Shown here: positions 44,399 to 55,137 of the stretch, one piece after another
Numbering within the stretch: the first letter of the stretch is position 1
Layout: the number at the start of each line of letters is the position of its first letter
From: an uncultured Gemmatimonadaceae bacterium
GTDB lineage: Bacteria > Gemmatimonadota > Gemmatimonadetes > Gemmatimonadales > Gemmatimonadaceae
Assembly (NCBI GenBank): GCA_963716745.1
Contig: OY970320.1
Location: 2,368,001 to 2,432,000 of the forward strand
Direction: 5' to 3'
Length of the DNA stretch: 64,000 nucleotides
The notes under the pieces: generated by a model
Database searches by the model: none
The model's input: the letters and a program-made list of their open reading frames with translations, nothing else
Told to the model about the DNA's origin: nothing
Translations under genes and position numbers: made by a program

Positions 44399-45999
44399 AG
44401 CATTGGAGACTGACGGCGATCGTGATGGCGGCGTTGGCGCTCGCGGCGTATGACGGCGGCGACGCGCCGCGCCCACTCGAGATCAGATATTGGGTGGCGG
44501 CGCCGGATCCGTCGGCGCACCGGTTCGCGGTGCAGATGAGCGTGGGCGGGATCGCCGACGATTCTGTGTTGTTGCAGATGCCGGTGTGGTCGCCCGGACG
44601 GTACGCGGAAATGGATTTCGCGCGGAACGTGCAGCACTTCGAGGTCGCCGACGCGAACGGCAAACCGGTGGCGTACGATCTCGTGACGGGATCGCGGTGG
44701 CGGCTGCACACGCACGGCGTGAAGAGCGTGCGCGTGTCGTATCTGGTGTTCGCGAACAATCTGTCGGGCACGTTCAGCGTGGCCGACACGGCGCACCTCA
44801 ACTGGAACGGCGCCTCGCTGTTCGCCTACGTGGTGGGGCACAAGGCTGACCCGGTGCGGCTCACGATCGTGCCGCCCGGCGGATGGCACGTGATCAACGG
44901 CGCGAGCGTCACGAACGACCAGACGGAATTCACGTTCGCCAACTACGACATCCTGATCGACACGCCCACCGAGGTCGCGCCGTCGTTCAACGTGGACAGC
45001 TTCACCGTGGATGGCCGGCTGTACCGCGCGGTGACGCACTTGAGCCGGGCCAACGATGCGACGCAGCGTGCGCGCTTCGTGCGCGATGTCGAGAAGATCG
45101 TGCGCTATGAGAATGGCGTGATCGCGCCGCCGCCGATCCCGATGTACACGTTCCTGTTCAACATCGGATTCGGCGGGGGCGACGGCATGGAGCACCTCGC
45201 GTCCACGCAGATCATCAACTCCCGCACGTGGAGCGACACCGCCGTGTTGCTCGCCGGCGTGAGCACCGCGAGCCACGAATACTTCCACGTATGGAACGTG
45301 AAGCGCATCCGTCCCGCGGCGCTCGGCCCGTTCGACTACGAGCATGCGCAGTACGAGCCGAGCCTATGGGTGGCGGAGGGATGGACCAATTACTACGGGA
45401 ACATCGGGCTCGTGCGCGCGGGAGTGGGCGATCGCGCGGCGTACTACAAGGAACTCGGCGGCGTGATCACGTACAATCTCACGTTGCCGGCTCGGCGCAC
45501 GGTGTCGGCACGCATGTCGAGCACCATCGCGCCGTTCTGGGACGGGGCGGCGACGCCAATGCAGGTGGAAGCAAAGGAGAGTTTCATCTCCTATTACACG
45601 AAGGGCGAGGCGCTCGCGCTGGTGCTCGATCTCGACATCCGCGAGATGACGGCCGGCACGAAGTCGCTGGACGACGTGCTGCGCGCGCTCAAGAAACGGT
45701 CGTGGGATGCGAAGAGCGCGAGTTATTATCTTCAGGGTCGCGGATATTCCGAGGCCGACGTGGAGAGCGCGGCGAGCGAGGTGGCGGGGCGCGACCTGCA
45801 CGCGTGGTTCGAGCGGTACGTGGGCGGCACCGAGGATCCGCCGTTCGCGGCGTCGCTGTCGGCCGTGGGGATCACCGTGACCGAGAAGGGGGAGGGCGCG
45901 TCGCGCGAGTTCGTCGTGGAGGAGGATCCGGCGGCAACACCGGCGCAGATCGCGCGGCGGGACCAATGGTTGAGCGGCACCAACGGGGGAGCGCACTGA
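44395..45999 (+). CDS. M61 glycyl aminopeptidase family metallopeptidase
   Basis: MPVWSPGRY, GMEH, HEYFHVWNVKRIRP, WVAEG and SYYTKG motifs. Confidence 0.93.
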   Translation: MKHWRLTAIVMAALALAAYDGGDAPRPLEIRYWVAAPDPSAHRFAVQMSVGGIADDSVLLQMPVWSPGRYAEMDFARNVQHFEVADANGKPVAYDLVTGSRWRLHTHGVKSVRVSYLVFANNLSGTFSVADTAHLNWNGASLFAYVVGHKADPVRLTIVPPGGWHVINGASVTNDQTEFTFANYDILIDTPTEVAPSFNVDSFTVDGRLYRAVTHLSRANDATQRARFVRDVEKIVRYENGVIAPPPIPMYTFLFNIGFGGGDGMEHLASTQIINSRTWSDTAVLLAGVSTASHEYFHVWNVKRIRPAALGPFDYEHAQYEPSLWVAEGWTNYYGNIGLVRAGVGDRAAYYKELGGVITYNLTLPARRTVSARMSSTIAPFWDGAATPMQVEAKESFISYYTKGEALALVLDLDIREMTAGTKSLDDVLRALKKRSWDAKSASYYLQGRGYSEADVESAASEVAGRDLHAWFERYVGGTEDPPFAASLSAVGITVTEKGEGASREFVVEEDPAATPAQIARRDQWLSGTNGGAH

Positions 46000-46000
46000 G

Positions 46001-46642
46001 ATGAAGCGGCCGGTGATCTTCTGGGATGTGGACACGCAGCACGATTTCATGGATGCGAACGGCAAGCTCTACGTGCCGGGCGCGGAGGAGATCAAGCCGC
46101 TGCTGAAGCGGCTCACGGACTACGCGCACGAGAAGAAGATCCAGATCGTCGCGTCGAGCGACGATCACGTGGCGGAGCATCGCGAGCTCTCGGCGTCGCC
46201 CGATTTCAACGAGACATTCCCCGAGCATTGCATGCGCGGCACGCCAGGCGCGGAGAAGATCGCGGAGACGGCGCTCGTGTCGCCGTTCATCCTCGAGCCC
46301 GAGGCGCGGCCGCACGAAGAACTCGCGCGCACGCTGTGGGGCTACGCCGGCGACGTGCTCATCCGGAAGCACTGGTTCGATGTGTTCACGAACCCGAACA
46401 CCGAGAGCCTGATCGAAGCGTGGGATCCCACTGAGATCGTGGTCTACGGTGTGGCGCTCGATGTGTGCGACAAGTACGCGATCGACGGATTCATCGAACG
46501 CGGCGTGCCGCGGATCCATCTCGTGCTCGACGCCACGCGCGCGATTCATCCGGAGCGCACGGCGGCGCTCGTGGAAGAGTGGAAGCGCCAGGAAGTGGAG
46601 ATCGTCTCCACGGAGGACGTGGTGTGCGGCCGGGTGGTGTAG
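46001..46642 (+). CDS. Isochorismatase-family cysteine hydrolase, nicotinamidase (PncA)-like
   Basis: DVDTQHDF, GKLYV, DxH, FPEHC, catalytic K and GVALDVC. Confidence 0.85.
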   Translation: MKRPVIFWDVDTQHDFMDANGKLYVPGAEEIKPLLKRLTDYAHEKKIQIVASSDDHVAEHRELSASPDFNETFPEHCMRGTPGAEKIAETALVSPFILEPEARPHEELARTLWGYAGDVLIRKHWFDVFTNPNTESLIEAWDPTEIVVYGVALDVCDKYAIDGFIERGVPRIHLVLDATRAIHPERTAALVEEWKRQEVEIVSTEDVVCGRVV

Positions 46643-47734
46643 CGGGGAGGTTCTTCCTCCCGGGGCCCACCGAAGTGCGGCCGGAGATCCTCTCGGCGAT
46701 GGGGCGGCGGATGATCCCGCATCGCGTCCGCGGCGATGCGCGAGATCCTCGCGCGCGTGCATCCGAGGCTGCAGCCGATCATCGGCACCGCGCGGCCGGT
46801 GTATGTCGCGAGCAGCTCAGCGACCGGCATGATGGAGGCGGCGGTGCGCTGCGGCACGCGCCAGCGTGTGCTCGCGCTGGTGTGCGGCGCGTTCGGCGAG
46901 CGCTTCGCGAAGATCGCGGAAGCATGCGGCCGCGACGTGACGCGCGTGACCGTGCCGCCGGGCGATGTGGTGACGGTGGAGCAGCTGGCGATCGCGCTCG
47001 AACATGGATCGTACGACGCGGTGACGTGCGTGCACGTGGAGACATCGACGGGCGTCGTGTCCGACGTGGAAGCATACGCGCGGATCACGCGCGAGCGGCC
47101 GGAGCTCGTGCTCATCGTGGACGCGGTGGCGAGCGCGGGCGGGATGCCGGTGCGCATGGACGCGTGGGGCGCGGATGTGGTGGTGTTCGCGTCGCAGAAG
47201 GCGCTGGCGGTGCCGCCGGGCCTCGCGTTCGCCGCGTGCTCCGAGCGCGCGATGGAGCGGTGTCTGTCGCTGCCGGGACGGGGGATCTACCTCGACTTCG
47301 CGCGCTATGATGAAATGTGGCGGAGAGGCGAGACGCTCGGCACGCCGGCGCTGAGTGTGGTGTTCGCGCTGGACGAGCAATTGGATCGCATCGAGGCGGA
47401 GGGGCTTGAGCACCGGTTCGAGCGCCATGCGGCGATGCGAGCGGCGGTCACGAAATGGGTCGCGGCGGCACATGCGCGGCACGTGCCAGTCTCGTTCCTT
47501 GCGGCCCAGGAGTTACGAGCGCCGACGGTGAGTTGTTTGCGCTTCGACGGGGACTGTGCGGATCTCGTGGAGCGGCTGAGACTGCGAGGCTATGTGATCG
47601 GGGCGGGATATGGGGCGCTCGCGAAGGAAACGATCCGCATCGGACACATGGGGGATCACACGGTCGCGGAGACTGATGCGTTGCTGGGTGCGATGACTGA
47701 ATCGATCATCGAGGGGGTCTCGCTCACGACGTAA
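46624..47734 (+). CDS. Class V aminotransferase (serine-pyruvate/alanine-glyoxylate type); apparent frameshift near 46725
   Basis: FLPGPT..IPHR N-terminus in another frame; HVETSTG, VDAVAS, SQKAL and RIGHMG motifs. Confidence 0.9.
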
Positions 47735-47901
47735 CTGCGTGGTGGTACCGCTGACGGCGGGACTGGTACCGCTAACGGCGGGATTGGCGTTGGATACGGC
47801 TGGGGGCCGGCGCGCATGCGCCGGCCCCCATTGAATCATCCAACGCTAACGCGCCGTTTGCGGTACCAGTTCCGCCGTCTGCGGTACCAGTCCCGCCGTT
47901 A
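47733..47901. repeat. Palindromic repeat, family E (21-nt units) with nested GC hairpin
   Basis: tggtaccgctRacggcgggaY x2 (47743-47784), two inverted copies (47860-47901), inner 13-bp stem at 47801-47830. Confidence 0.93.
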
Positions 47902-48450
47902 TCGTACTTTGGCCTTCCCACCCATTCGCTCGACGAATACCTCTCTCAGCCCCTCGAGCGTCTCCGGCCACACCACGGCGCGCTTGGGCAGGTAGTAGGC
48001 GGATCGATTCGCGAAGATGAGAAAGAACTCCGGCGTCTCCGTCGTGAGATTCACATCCCGCCACGCGAACTTGTCCTCGAACGTCTCGCCCGCGATGCTC
48101 AGGCCGCGCGCGTCGAAGGTGTAGCGCCGCTCCTGCAGCGTGAGAGGATTGTTCAGCAGCTGACGCCGCGCGGCGCGCTGTACGCGGCCGCGGCGCCACA
48201 GCAGCAGCGCGGCGAGAAAGGCGGCCGGCACGCCGATCCAGATCATCAGGTCCACCGGCGGCTGCTTGGTGGTCCACCAGCGCCACGCGATGGCACCGGC
48301 GCCGGCGAGGGCGAGCAGGACGAGCGCCACCATGCGGAGCTCGCGCGTGATGCGCCGCAACTTCTTCGCGTGGTACGCCTGCAGCGCGCTCACCGCCCGC
48401 ACATGCTCGGCGGGGGTGACGCGCCAGATCACGGTGCACGAGTTGGGCAT
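47899..48450 (-). CDS. YcxB-like membrane protein
   Basis: Two TM helices followed by W...ETPEFFLIF..YYLPKRA. Confidence 0.75.
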   Translation of the reverse strand: MPNSCTVIWRVTPAEHVRAVSALQAYHAKKLRRITRELRMVALVLLALAGAGAIAWRWWTTKQPPVDLMIWIGVPAAFLAALLLWRRGRVQRAARRQLLNNPLTLQERRYTFDARGLSIAGETFEDKFAWRDVNLTTETPEFFLIFANRSAYYLPKRAVVWPETLEGLREVFVERMGGKAKVR

Positions 48451-48456
48451 GGTGCG

Positions 48457-49929
48457 TTACGTTCCCGCGAGGAGCGCGCCCGGCAGCGGCATCTCGCTCG
48501 TCGCGCCGCCCGCCGGCATCTCCAATGTCGGACCCGCGGTGGGCATCTCGGTGGTTTGCGTTTGCCCGGAGCGTTCGATGCTCTCGGCCAAGCGGAAGGC
48601 CGACACGAGAGCCAAGAGTCGCTGCGACGCTTCGGCGAGCGCGCTCGCGGAGGCGGTGATCTCCTGCGTCGTGGCGCTCTGCTGTTCGCTCGCGGCGGCC
48701 ACCTGCTGCATGGACGCGGCGAAGTTCTCGGTGCCGTGCGCCAGGCCGTCGAGGCGAACCGTGGCCTGCAGGATCAGTTCGGTGCTCTCGCCGGCGGTGC
48801 GCTCGATCTCCTTGGTCCAGCTCTCGGCATCGCGCACGGCGCGTTCCACCTGCGCGAAACTCTCGAGCGCGCTGCGCGTGGCGAGCTGCACCGTGCCGAG
48901 CGTCTCGCGCGTGCGCTGGCTGGCCTCGCGAGATTCTTCGACGCGCGCGAGCACGCCAGCCACCGTCGCGGCGGTACGCTCCGCGGCGTCGGCGGAACTC
49001 GCCGCGAGCTTGCGGATCTCGGCGGCGACGACGGCGAATCCTTCGCCCTGCTCGCCGGCGCGCGCGGCCTCCATGCTGGCGTTGAGCGCGAGCAGCTTCG
49101 ACTGGCGGGCGATGCGCCGCACGAGCGTGACGAACGCGCCGATCTCCTGCGACGCGGCGGCGAGCGCTTCGGCGCTCTCGGCGGAGCGCGCGGCGTCGGC
49201 GCCCACCGTGGCGAGCGCGGCGTTGCTCGCGTCGAGGCGCTCGCGGTTCTGCGCGGCGAGCACGCTGAGCTTGGCGTTGCGCGCGACGCCGTCGCGCGCG
49301 CCGTTCGTGAGACTCGTCGAATTCCGCATGAGCAGCGCGGCGTCCACCGCGCTCTCGGCGATCGAGCGCGCCATCTCGGAGGACTGGTGGCTCAAGTCCG
49401 CGGACGTCTGCGCCATCTCGCTCGCGGCGGCACTCATCTCCTCCGTGCCCGACGTGATCTGGACCGACATCGCGGCCGTTTCGGCGGCGGATTCGCGGAT
49501 CGCCATCACGAGGCGGCGGAGTTCGAGCACCATCGCCTCGGTGGCGCGCGAGAGGCGGCCCATCTCGTCGTCGTCGCGCGTGGCGTCCGGCAGGCTCGAC
49601 AGATCGCCGCCCGCGACGCGCTCGGCGCTCTCGGCGAGCACCGAGGCGGGGCGCGTGACGCGTCGCGCGACGTAGCGGCTCACGAAGAAGAGCAGCACCT
49701 GGATGAGCGCGAGGATGACCGCGGCGCCGAGCATGATGCGATCGTGCGCGGCGTCGTACTCGTCGATCGGGCGGCCGGCGAGCAGCGCGTCCACCCAGCG
49801 CATGAGCCCCCACGCGAGGGTGCCGACCACGACGAGCGACACGATGCCGAACATCGCGGCGATGCGCGCCTGGATGCCGCTATGGAGGCGCGCTCGCTTG
49901 TGGGGCTTGGTCGTGCGGCTAGATTTCAC
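48457..49929 (-). CDS. Methyl-accepting chemotaxis protein (2 TM, HAMP, MA domain)
   Basis: DEMGRL HAMP segment; [31 protein letters not shown]. Start uncertain. Confidence 0.93.
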   Translation of the reverse strand: MKSSRTTKPHKRARLHSGIQARIAAMFGIVSLVVVGTLAWGLMRWVDALLAGRPIDEYDAAHDRIMLGAAVILALIQVLLFFVSRYVARRVTRPASVLAESAERVAGGDLSSLPDATRDDDEMGRLSRATEAMVLELRRLVMAIRESAAETAAMSVQITSGTEEMSAAASEMAQTSADLSHQSSEMARSIAESAVDAALLMRNSTSLTNGARDGVARNAKLSVLAAQNRERLDASNAALATVGADAARSAESAEALAAASQEIGAFVTLVRRIARQSKLLALNASMEAARAGEQGEGFAVVAAEIRKLAASSADAAERTAATVAGVLARVEESREASQRTRETLGTVQLATRSALESFAQVERAVRDAESWTKEIERTAGESTELILQATVRLDGLAHGTENFAASMQQVAAASEQQSATTQEITASASALAEASQRLLALVSAFRLAESIERSGQTQTTEMPTAGPTLEMPAGGATSEMPLPGALLAGT

Positions 49930-49937
49930 GGCCCACC

Positions 49938-52376
49938 ATGACACACTCCGCGTCCGGTCAGGATCCAGAGAACGAGCATCCGTACGAGCCGGCCGCCATC
50001 GAGCAGAAATGGCAGGCGCGGTGGGAGGCAGCGCACACGAATTCGCCGGACCTCGACCGCGCGCCGCGCCCGTACTACCAGCTGATGATGTTCCCCTATC
50101 CGAGTGCCGAGGGACTGCACGTCGGCAACGTGTTCGCGTTCACGGGGAACGACATCCATGGACGATTTCAGCGCCTCAAGGGGCACAGCGTTTTCGAGCC
50201 GATCGGCTTCGATGCGTTCGGCATCCACTCGGAGAATCACGCGCTCAAGACGGGCACGCATCCGGGCGATCTGATCCCGCGGAACATCGCGAACTTCCGG
50301 CGCCAGCTGCGGCGCGTGGGGCTCATGGTGGACTGGACGCGCGAGCTGTCCACCACCGATCCGCGCTACTACAAGTGGACGCAGTGGATCTTCCTGCAGC
50401 TGCTGCGACGCGGTCTCGCGTACAAGAAGGAAGCGGCGGTGAACTGGTGCCCGTTCGACAAGACCGTGCTCGCGAACGAGCAAGTGGAGCACGGGCTGTG
50501 CGAGCGCTGCGGCACGAAAGTGGAGCAGCGCCTGCTGGCGCAGTGGTTCTTCCGGATCAGCGACTACGCGCCGCGCCTGCTCAAGAATCTGGAGACGATC
50601 GATTGGTCGTCGACGACCACCACGGCGCAGCGGAACTGGATCGGCCGGTCGGAGGGCGCGGCGATCTCGTTCGCGACCGACGGCGGCGAGGCGATCGAGG
50701 TGTTCACGACGCGGCCGGACACGATCTTCGGCGCGACGTACCTCGTGCTCGCCCCCGAGCATCCGCTGCTGCAGACGATCACCGCCGCGGCGCACCGTGC
50801 CGAGGTGGATGCGTACCGCGCGCAGACCAGCATGCAGGATCTGATCGCGCGCAAGACCAACAAGACGAAGACCGGCGCATTCACCGGCGCGTACGCCGTG
50901 AATCCCGCGACGGGCACGCGGATCCCGGTGTGGACGTCGGACTATGTGCTCATGGACTACGGCACCGGCGCGATCATGGCGGTGCCGGGGCATGATGAGC
51001 GCGACTTCGAGTTCGCGACGGCGTTCAAGCTGCCGATCGTTCGCGTCGTGGCGGCGGAAGGAGATGACGCACGCACGCCGCTCGATGAATCGTTCGCGGG
51101 TGAAGGGCGCGTGGTGAACTCGGCGGAGTTCGACGGGCTGTCGAGCGGCGAGGCCGCGCAGCGGATCATCGCGTGGCTCGCGGAGCGGGGCACGGCGCGC
51201 ACGGTCACGAACTATCGGCTGCACGATTGGTGCATCTCGCGTCAGCGGTACTGGGGGCCGCCGATCCCGATCATCTATTGCGATGAATGCGGGATGCAGG
51301 CAGTGCCGGAGAAGGACCTGCCCGTGATACTGCCGCACATCGATGACTTCCGTCCCGATGACACGGGGGTAAGCCCGCTCGCGCGGCACGAGGAGTGGTA
51401 TCGCGTGCCCTGTCCCGAGTGCGGGAAGATGGCGCGCCGCGAGACCGACGTGTCGGACACGTTCCTCGATAGCGCGTGGTATTTCCTGCGCTATCCGTGC
51501 ACCGAGTACGACGACGTGCCGTTCACCGCGGAGCGGATGAAGCGCTGGCTGCCGGTGGATTCGTACATCGGCGGCAACGAGCACGCCGTGCTGCATCTGC
51601 TATACACGCGGTTCATCACCATGGTGCTGAACGACGCGGGGTATCTCGCGTTCGAGGAACCGTTCAAGAAATTCCGCGCGCACGGGCTGATCATCCGCGA
51701 CGGCGCGAAGATGTCCAAGACCAAAGGCAACGTCGTGAATCCCGACGAGTACGTGGAGCGTTGGGGGGCGGACGCGTTCCGAACGTACCTGATGTTCCTG
51801 GGCCCGTTCGAAGAGGGCGGCGACTTTCGCGATCAGGGGATCTCGGGCGTCGCGCGATTCCTGGATCGGCTGTGGGCGTCGGTGGATCGCGCGACCACCG
51901 CGGGCGCGCCCGACGCGGCAGTGATGCGCAAGCTGCACCAGACCATCAAGAAAGTGGGCGAGGACATTCCGCGGCTGAGCTACAACACCGCGATCGCGGC
52001 GATGATGGAGTACATGAACACCCTGCGCGCGGGCGAGCGCACCGTGCATCGCGCGGAGGTGGAACCGCTCGTGCCGCTCGTCGCGCCATTCGCGCCGCAC
52101 ATTGCCGAGGAGCTCTGGGAGTTCCTCGGGCACAAGGCGAGCGTGTTCGAGGGCACGTGGCCGGCGTTCGACGCGCAACTAGCGACCGAAGATGAAGTAG
52201 AACTGGCCGTGCAAGTGAACGGCAAGCTGCGCGGCACATTGCGCGTGGCGAAGACCATCGCGCAGGCGGACGCGCTCGCGCTGGCGATGAGCGATCCATC
52301 GATCGCGAAGTTCGTGACCGGCCCGACTAAGAAGGTGGTGTTCGTGCCGGGGCGGTTGTTGAATCTCGTGGTGTAA
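49938..52376 (+). CDS. leuS: Leucine--tRNA ligase
   Basis: MFPYPS, HIGH-like [30 protein letters not shown] and VQVNGKLR motifs. Confidence 0.98.
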   Translation: MTHSASGQDPENEHPYEPAAIEQKWQARWEAAHTNSPDLDRAPRPYYQLMMFPYPSAEGLHVGNVFAFTGNDIHGRFQRLKGHSVFEPIGFDAFGIHSENHALKTGTHPGDLIPRNIANFRRQLRRVGLMVDWTRELSTTDPRYYKWTQWIFLQLLRRGLAYKKEAAVNWCPFDKTVLANEQVEHGLCERCGTKVEQRLLAQWFFRISDYAPRLLKNLETIDWSSTTTTAQRNWIGRSEGAAISFATDGGEAIEVFTTRPDTIFGATYLVLAPEHPLLQTITAAAHRAEVDAYRAQTSMQDLIARKTNKTKTGAFTGAYAVNPATGTRIPVWTSDYVLMDYGTGAIMAVPGHDERDFEFATAFKLPIVRVVAAEGDDARTPLDESFAGEGRVVNSAEFDGLSSGEAAQRIIAWLAERGTARTVTNYRLHDWCISRQRYWGPPIPIIYCDECGMQAVPEKDLPVILPHIDDFRPDDTGVSPLARHEEWYRVPCPECGKMARRETDVSDTFLDSAWYFLRYPCTEYDDVPFTAERMKRWLPVDSYIGGNEHAVLHLLYTRFITMVLNDAGYLAFEEPFKKFRAHGLIIRDGAKMSKTKGNVVNPDEYVERWGADAFRTYLMFLGPFEEGGDFRDQGISGVARFLDRLWASVDRATTAGAPDAAVMRKLHQTIKKVGEDIPRLSYNTAIAAMMEYMNTLRAGERTVHRAEVEPLVPLVAPFAPHIAEELWEFLGHKASVFEGTWPAFDAQLATEDEVELAVQVNGKLRGTLRVAKTIAQADALALAMSDPSIAKFVTGPTKKVVFVPGRLLNLVV

Positions 52377-55057
52377 CGGAGGTTTTGAATCCTGGGTCGA
52401 CTCCACCTGGTCCAATGCGCACATCGATTTCATACATGATGTCGCGCACCTGCGGCAGCGATTTGAGAAGTTTAATCGCGCGGTCGAGGGCTGCCCGCGT
52501 ACCGTCCGTCTGTATTCGCACGTACTCGGGTATGTATTCCAGGCCCGATGGAATTCCCGTTCCGCCCACGGAGTCGAGCGCCGCCTGAATCGCGCCGGGC
52601 GACGCGCCATAGCGGAACCAGATCGTGATGATCTGTTTGTAGACACCTCCCTCGAACTGCGCGCTATCTGCCTTGGTCCATCGCGGCGGCCCCGAGCCTT
52701 GGTGCCGCGCCTCGACGCGAAAGCGCATGTGGAACGCACGTGGTGCGCCCGGCTGCAACTTCACTTGAACGAATGTCGGCCGAGTCGTCATGCCGGCCGG
52801 GAATTCTGCGAAGCCGCCGCCGATTTGTGTGAGCAAGGCGTCGAAACTCCATCGGGACCCGCTGCGGATCGTCGCGTCGTCCAGCCATCCTCCCGTAGAA
52901 TTCTCGATGAGATATGCGTTCTTGGCGCGGCCCGTGGACTCGTCCTCGGCGGTGATGCTGTCGGTCCATGCGTAGAGCTCAAGTGGCGCAGCGACCGCGC
53001 GCAACCAATTGTTTTGCAGCGCCACCGGTATCCGCAAAGTCGATGTCACGGAATCGAAAGTCGCGGGACCGGCGACGATCGGCACGATCGGGCCGCAGTA
53101 AGGTGAGGAAAGCGCGTCTGTAAGGACGTTGGATTGCCGCACATCGACGCGAATCGTGGCACATCCCGCCGACGATCAGAGGGAACCTCTGATCGTAACG
53201 CGCGGCGCCGCGCTCAGCATCGATCGGCATCGCGAGCTCAACCGTCCGAAAGGCCCGAAGCTTCTGCAGCGCCGCGGCCAGAGCTGCACCGCTCGTATCG
53301 GCCTCGATGCGAATCACGTAGGTGCCGTTCCGCATCGGCAGTCGACGGAAGCCGCCAACGACCACGCCATCGATGGAGTCGACCGCCGCTTGGAGATCCG
53401 CTTGAGGCGCGTTCGGGTCGAATGTCACATCGATGAGATCGTCGAGCACGGGCATCGCACCGAATCCGGCGCGGCCAGCGATCCAGTGCCGCGGTGCGAA
53501 TGCGTTCGGCGGATCGCCGCTTGACGGCGAGATTGCCGGGACCGGATGGGCGTTCTCCGCCATCGCCCGCACGCGGAACGTGAACTCTTCGACCGGCGCA
53601 GAAGAGAGTTGGAACTCCACAACGCGTTCACCGCTCATGGTGCGAGGCATCAGCGTCGGGCGTCCGCCGCTGTCAGGCAGCAGCGTGTCGAAGCGCCAGA
53701 TCTTCGCGCTGGCGAGCGTCAGCGCGCCCTCACCGATCGCCGTGTCCGGATTGAAAAGCTGGACGCGCGGATCCGGCTCGCGCGGGGCCCAGCGGGACCG
53801 TGGAACCGGGGGTGGCGGCGGAGGTGGCGGCCGGCCGCCGGGAGTGAGCGGAGGTCGCGGTGGTATCGGCGGGGGTGACGGCGGGAAGGGAAGCGTGACT
53901 TCAATGCTGTCGTTCCACAGCAGGGCGCGCAGGGGCGCGACCACTTCGCGCTTCCACTCGTTCGTGAGCACCAGGCCAATACGAACAATGCGCTTTTCGT
54001 GATCGAACTCCGCCAGGCTGATCATCACCGGAGCGATCGGGCCACAGCCTGTCCCCGGCACCACGTCTCCGATCGCGCCCGTCTCGGAAAGATTGACGCG
54101 AACCGTCGCACATCCGCGAACCGCAGAGAGGAATAGCGGCGGGCGCGGTTGATCGGGCGCGAGCAACGAGTCGAGGAAGATCGGTCGCACTCCCGTCCAA
54201 CTCTCGTCGGCGGTCCTCCAGCCGAATTGGAATTGGTCGCGACGCGAGAGGATCGGGGCCGCTCCGGTATCGGGCTCGAGTCGAACGTAGTAGGTGCGCG
54301 GATCATTGCCGGATGGCGCCGTGGCGCCGATCACATCGCCCCGCAGCCGGTCGAGAACGAGTTGTCGCTCGACGTACGGCACCTCCGACGGGATCCGCAC
54401 GGCGACAACGTCCGACAGTACGCGACCCGGCAGCCCTTCCGCATCCACGATGACAGGCCCCCTGATCGCGACGTCGCTCGCGGCGACGACCGGGGGATAC
54501 CGCGGGAACACATGCGGATTCTGCGCCTCGGCATGCAGCACTATCGTGAAGTCCGACGCGGCGCCTTCCTCGAGTTTGATCTTGATCGTTCGCGAGCGCG
54601 AACGCTCACCAGGCTGCAAGGTTCCGACGTGCCGCGGAGTCCCGACCAGCGAATCATATCGCCAGAAGTACGACTTGCCGTTCCGCAATGAGGGTGTACC
54701 GAGAGCGGAGTCGGCGTTGGACGGCACGATGTAGTACTCGCGTCCCTTCGGCATGACGCCGCCGTACGTCGCGAGGAAAAAACTGTCCGGCCACGAAATA
54801 AGCCGCGCTGGCGCGACGAGCGGTCGCGTCCAGTTGTTCGTGATAGAAATGGACAACGTGAGGGTGCGCGATCTGGGATCGAACCGCGCGCCGGAATCGA
54901 TGCTGATACCTAGCGGTCTGCCAGGATACCGGGGTGACTGAATCGTCACTCTCGCGGGCGGCGTGATGATGATCTGGAATCGCGCCGAGCCAACGACCGG
55001 AATGGTGGGCGGCGTGGCCACGCCCTGCAGGATCAACGCGAGTGCAACGAGGTGCAT
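52327..55057 (-). CDS. Exported hypothetical protein with three tandem two-domain modules; apparent frameshift near 53166
   Basis: ORFs 52979..55075 and 52327..53142 join through GCATIRVDVRQS, which parallels GCATVRVNLSE of module 2. Repeated N.W...AP.....W.DS and W.[FY]D.L motifs. Confidence 0.7.
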
Positions 55058-55101
55058 GCCACTAAACGATTGCACTCATCGATCTTGCACAAGCCCGCGC
55101 C

Positions 55102-55137
55102 TTCTAACGTCTAGGTCTAGCGTCTAGGTCTGCAGTT
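55102..55137. repeat. Solo family C arm
   Basis: ttctaacgtctaggtctagcgtctaggtctgcagtt. Confidence 0.9.

Noticed and set aside
50113..50130. HVGN in place of HIGH in LeuRS as a sign of inactivation
   Set aside because: HIGH-motif variants are common in class I synthetases and all other motifs are intact.
52327..55137. Prophage or integrative element after leuS
   Set aside because: No integrase, att-like direct repeats or phage genes seen.
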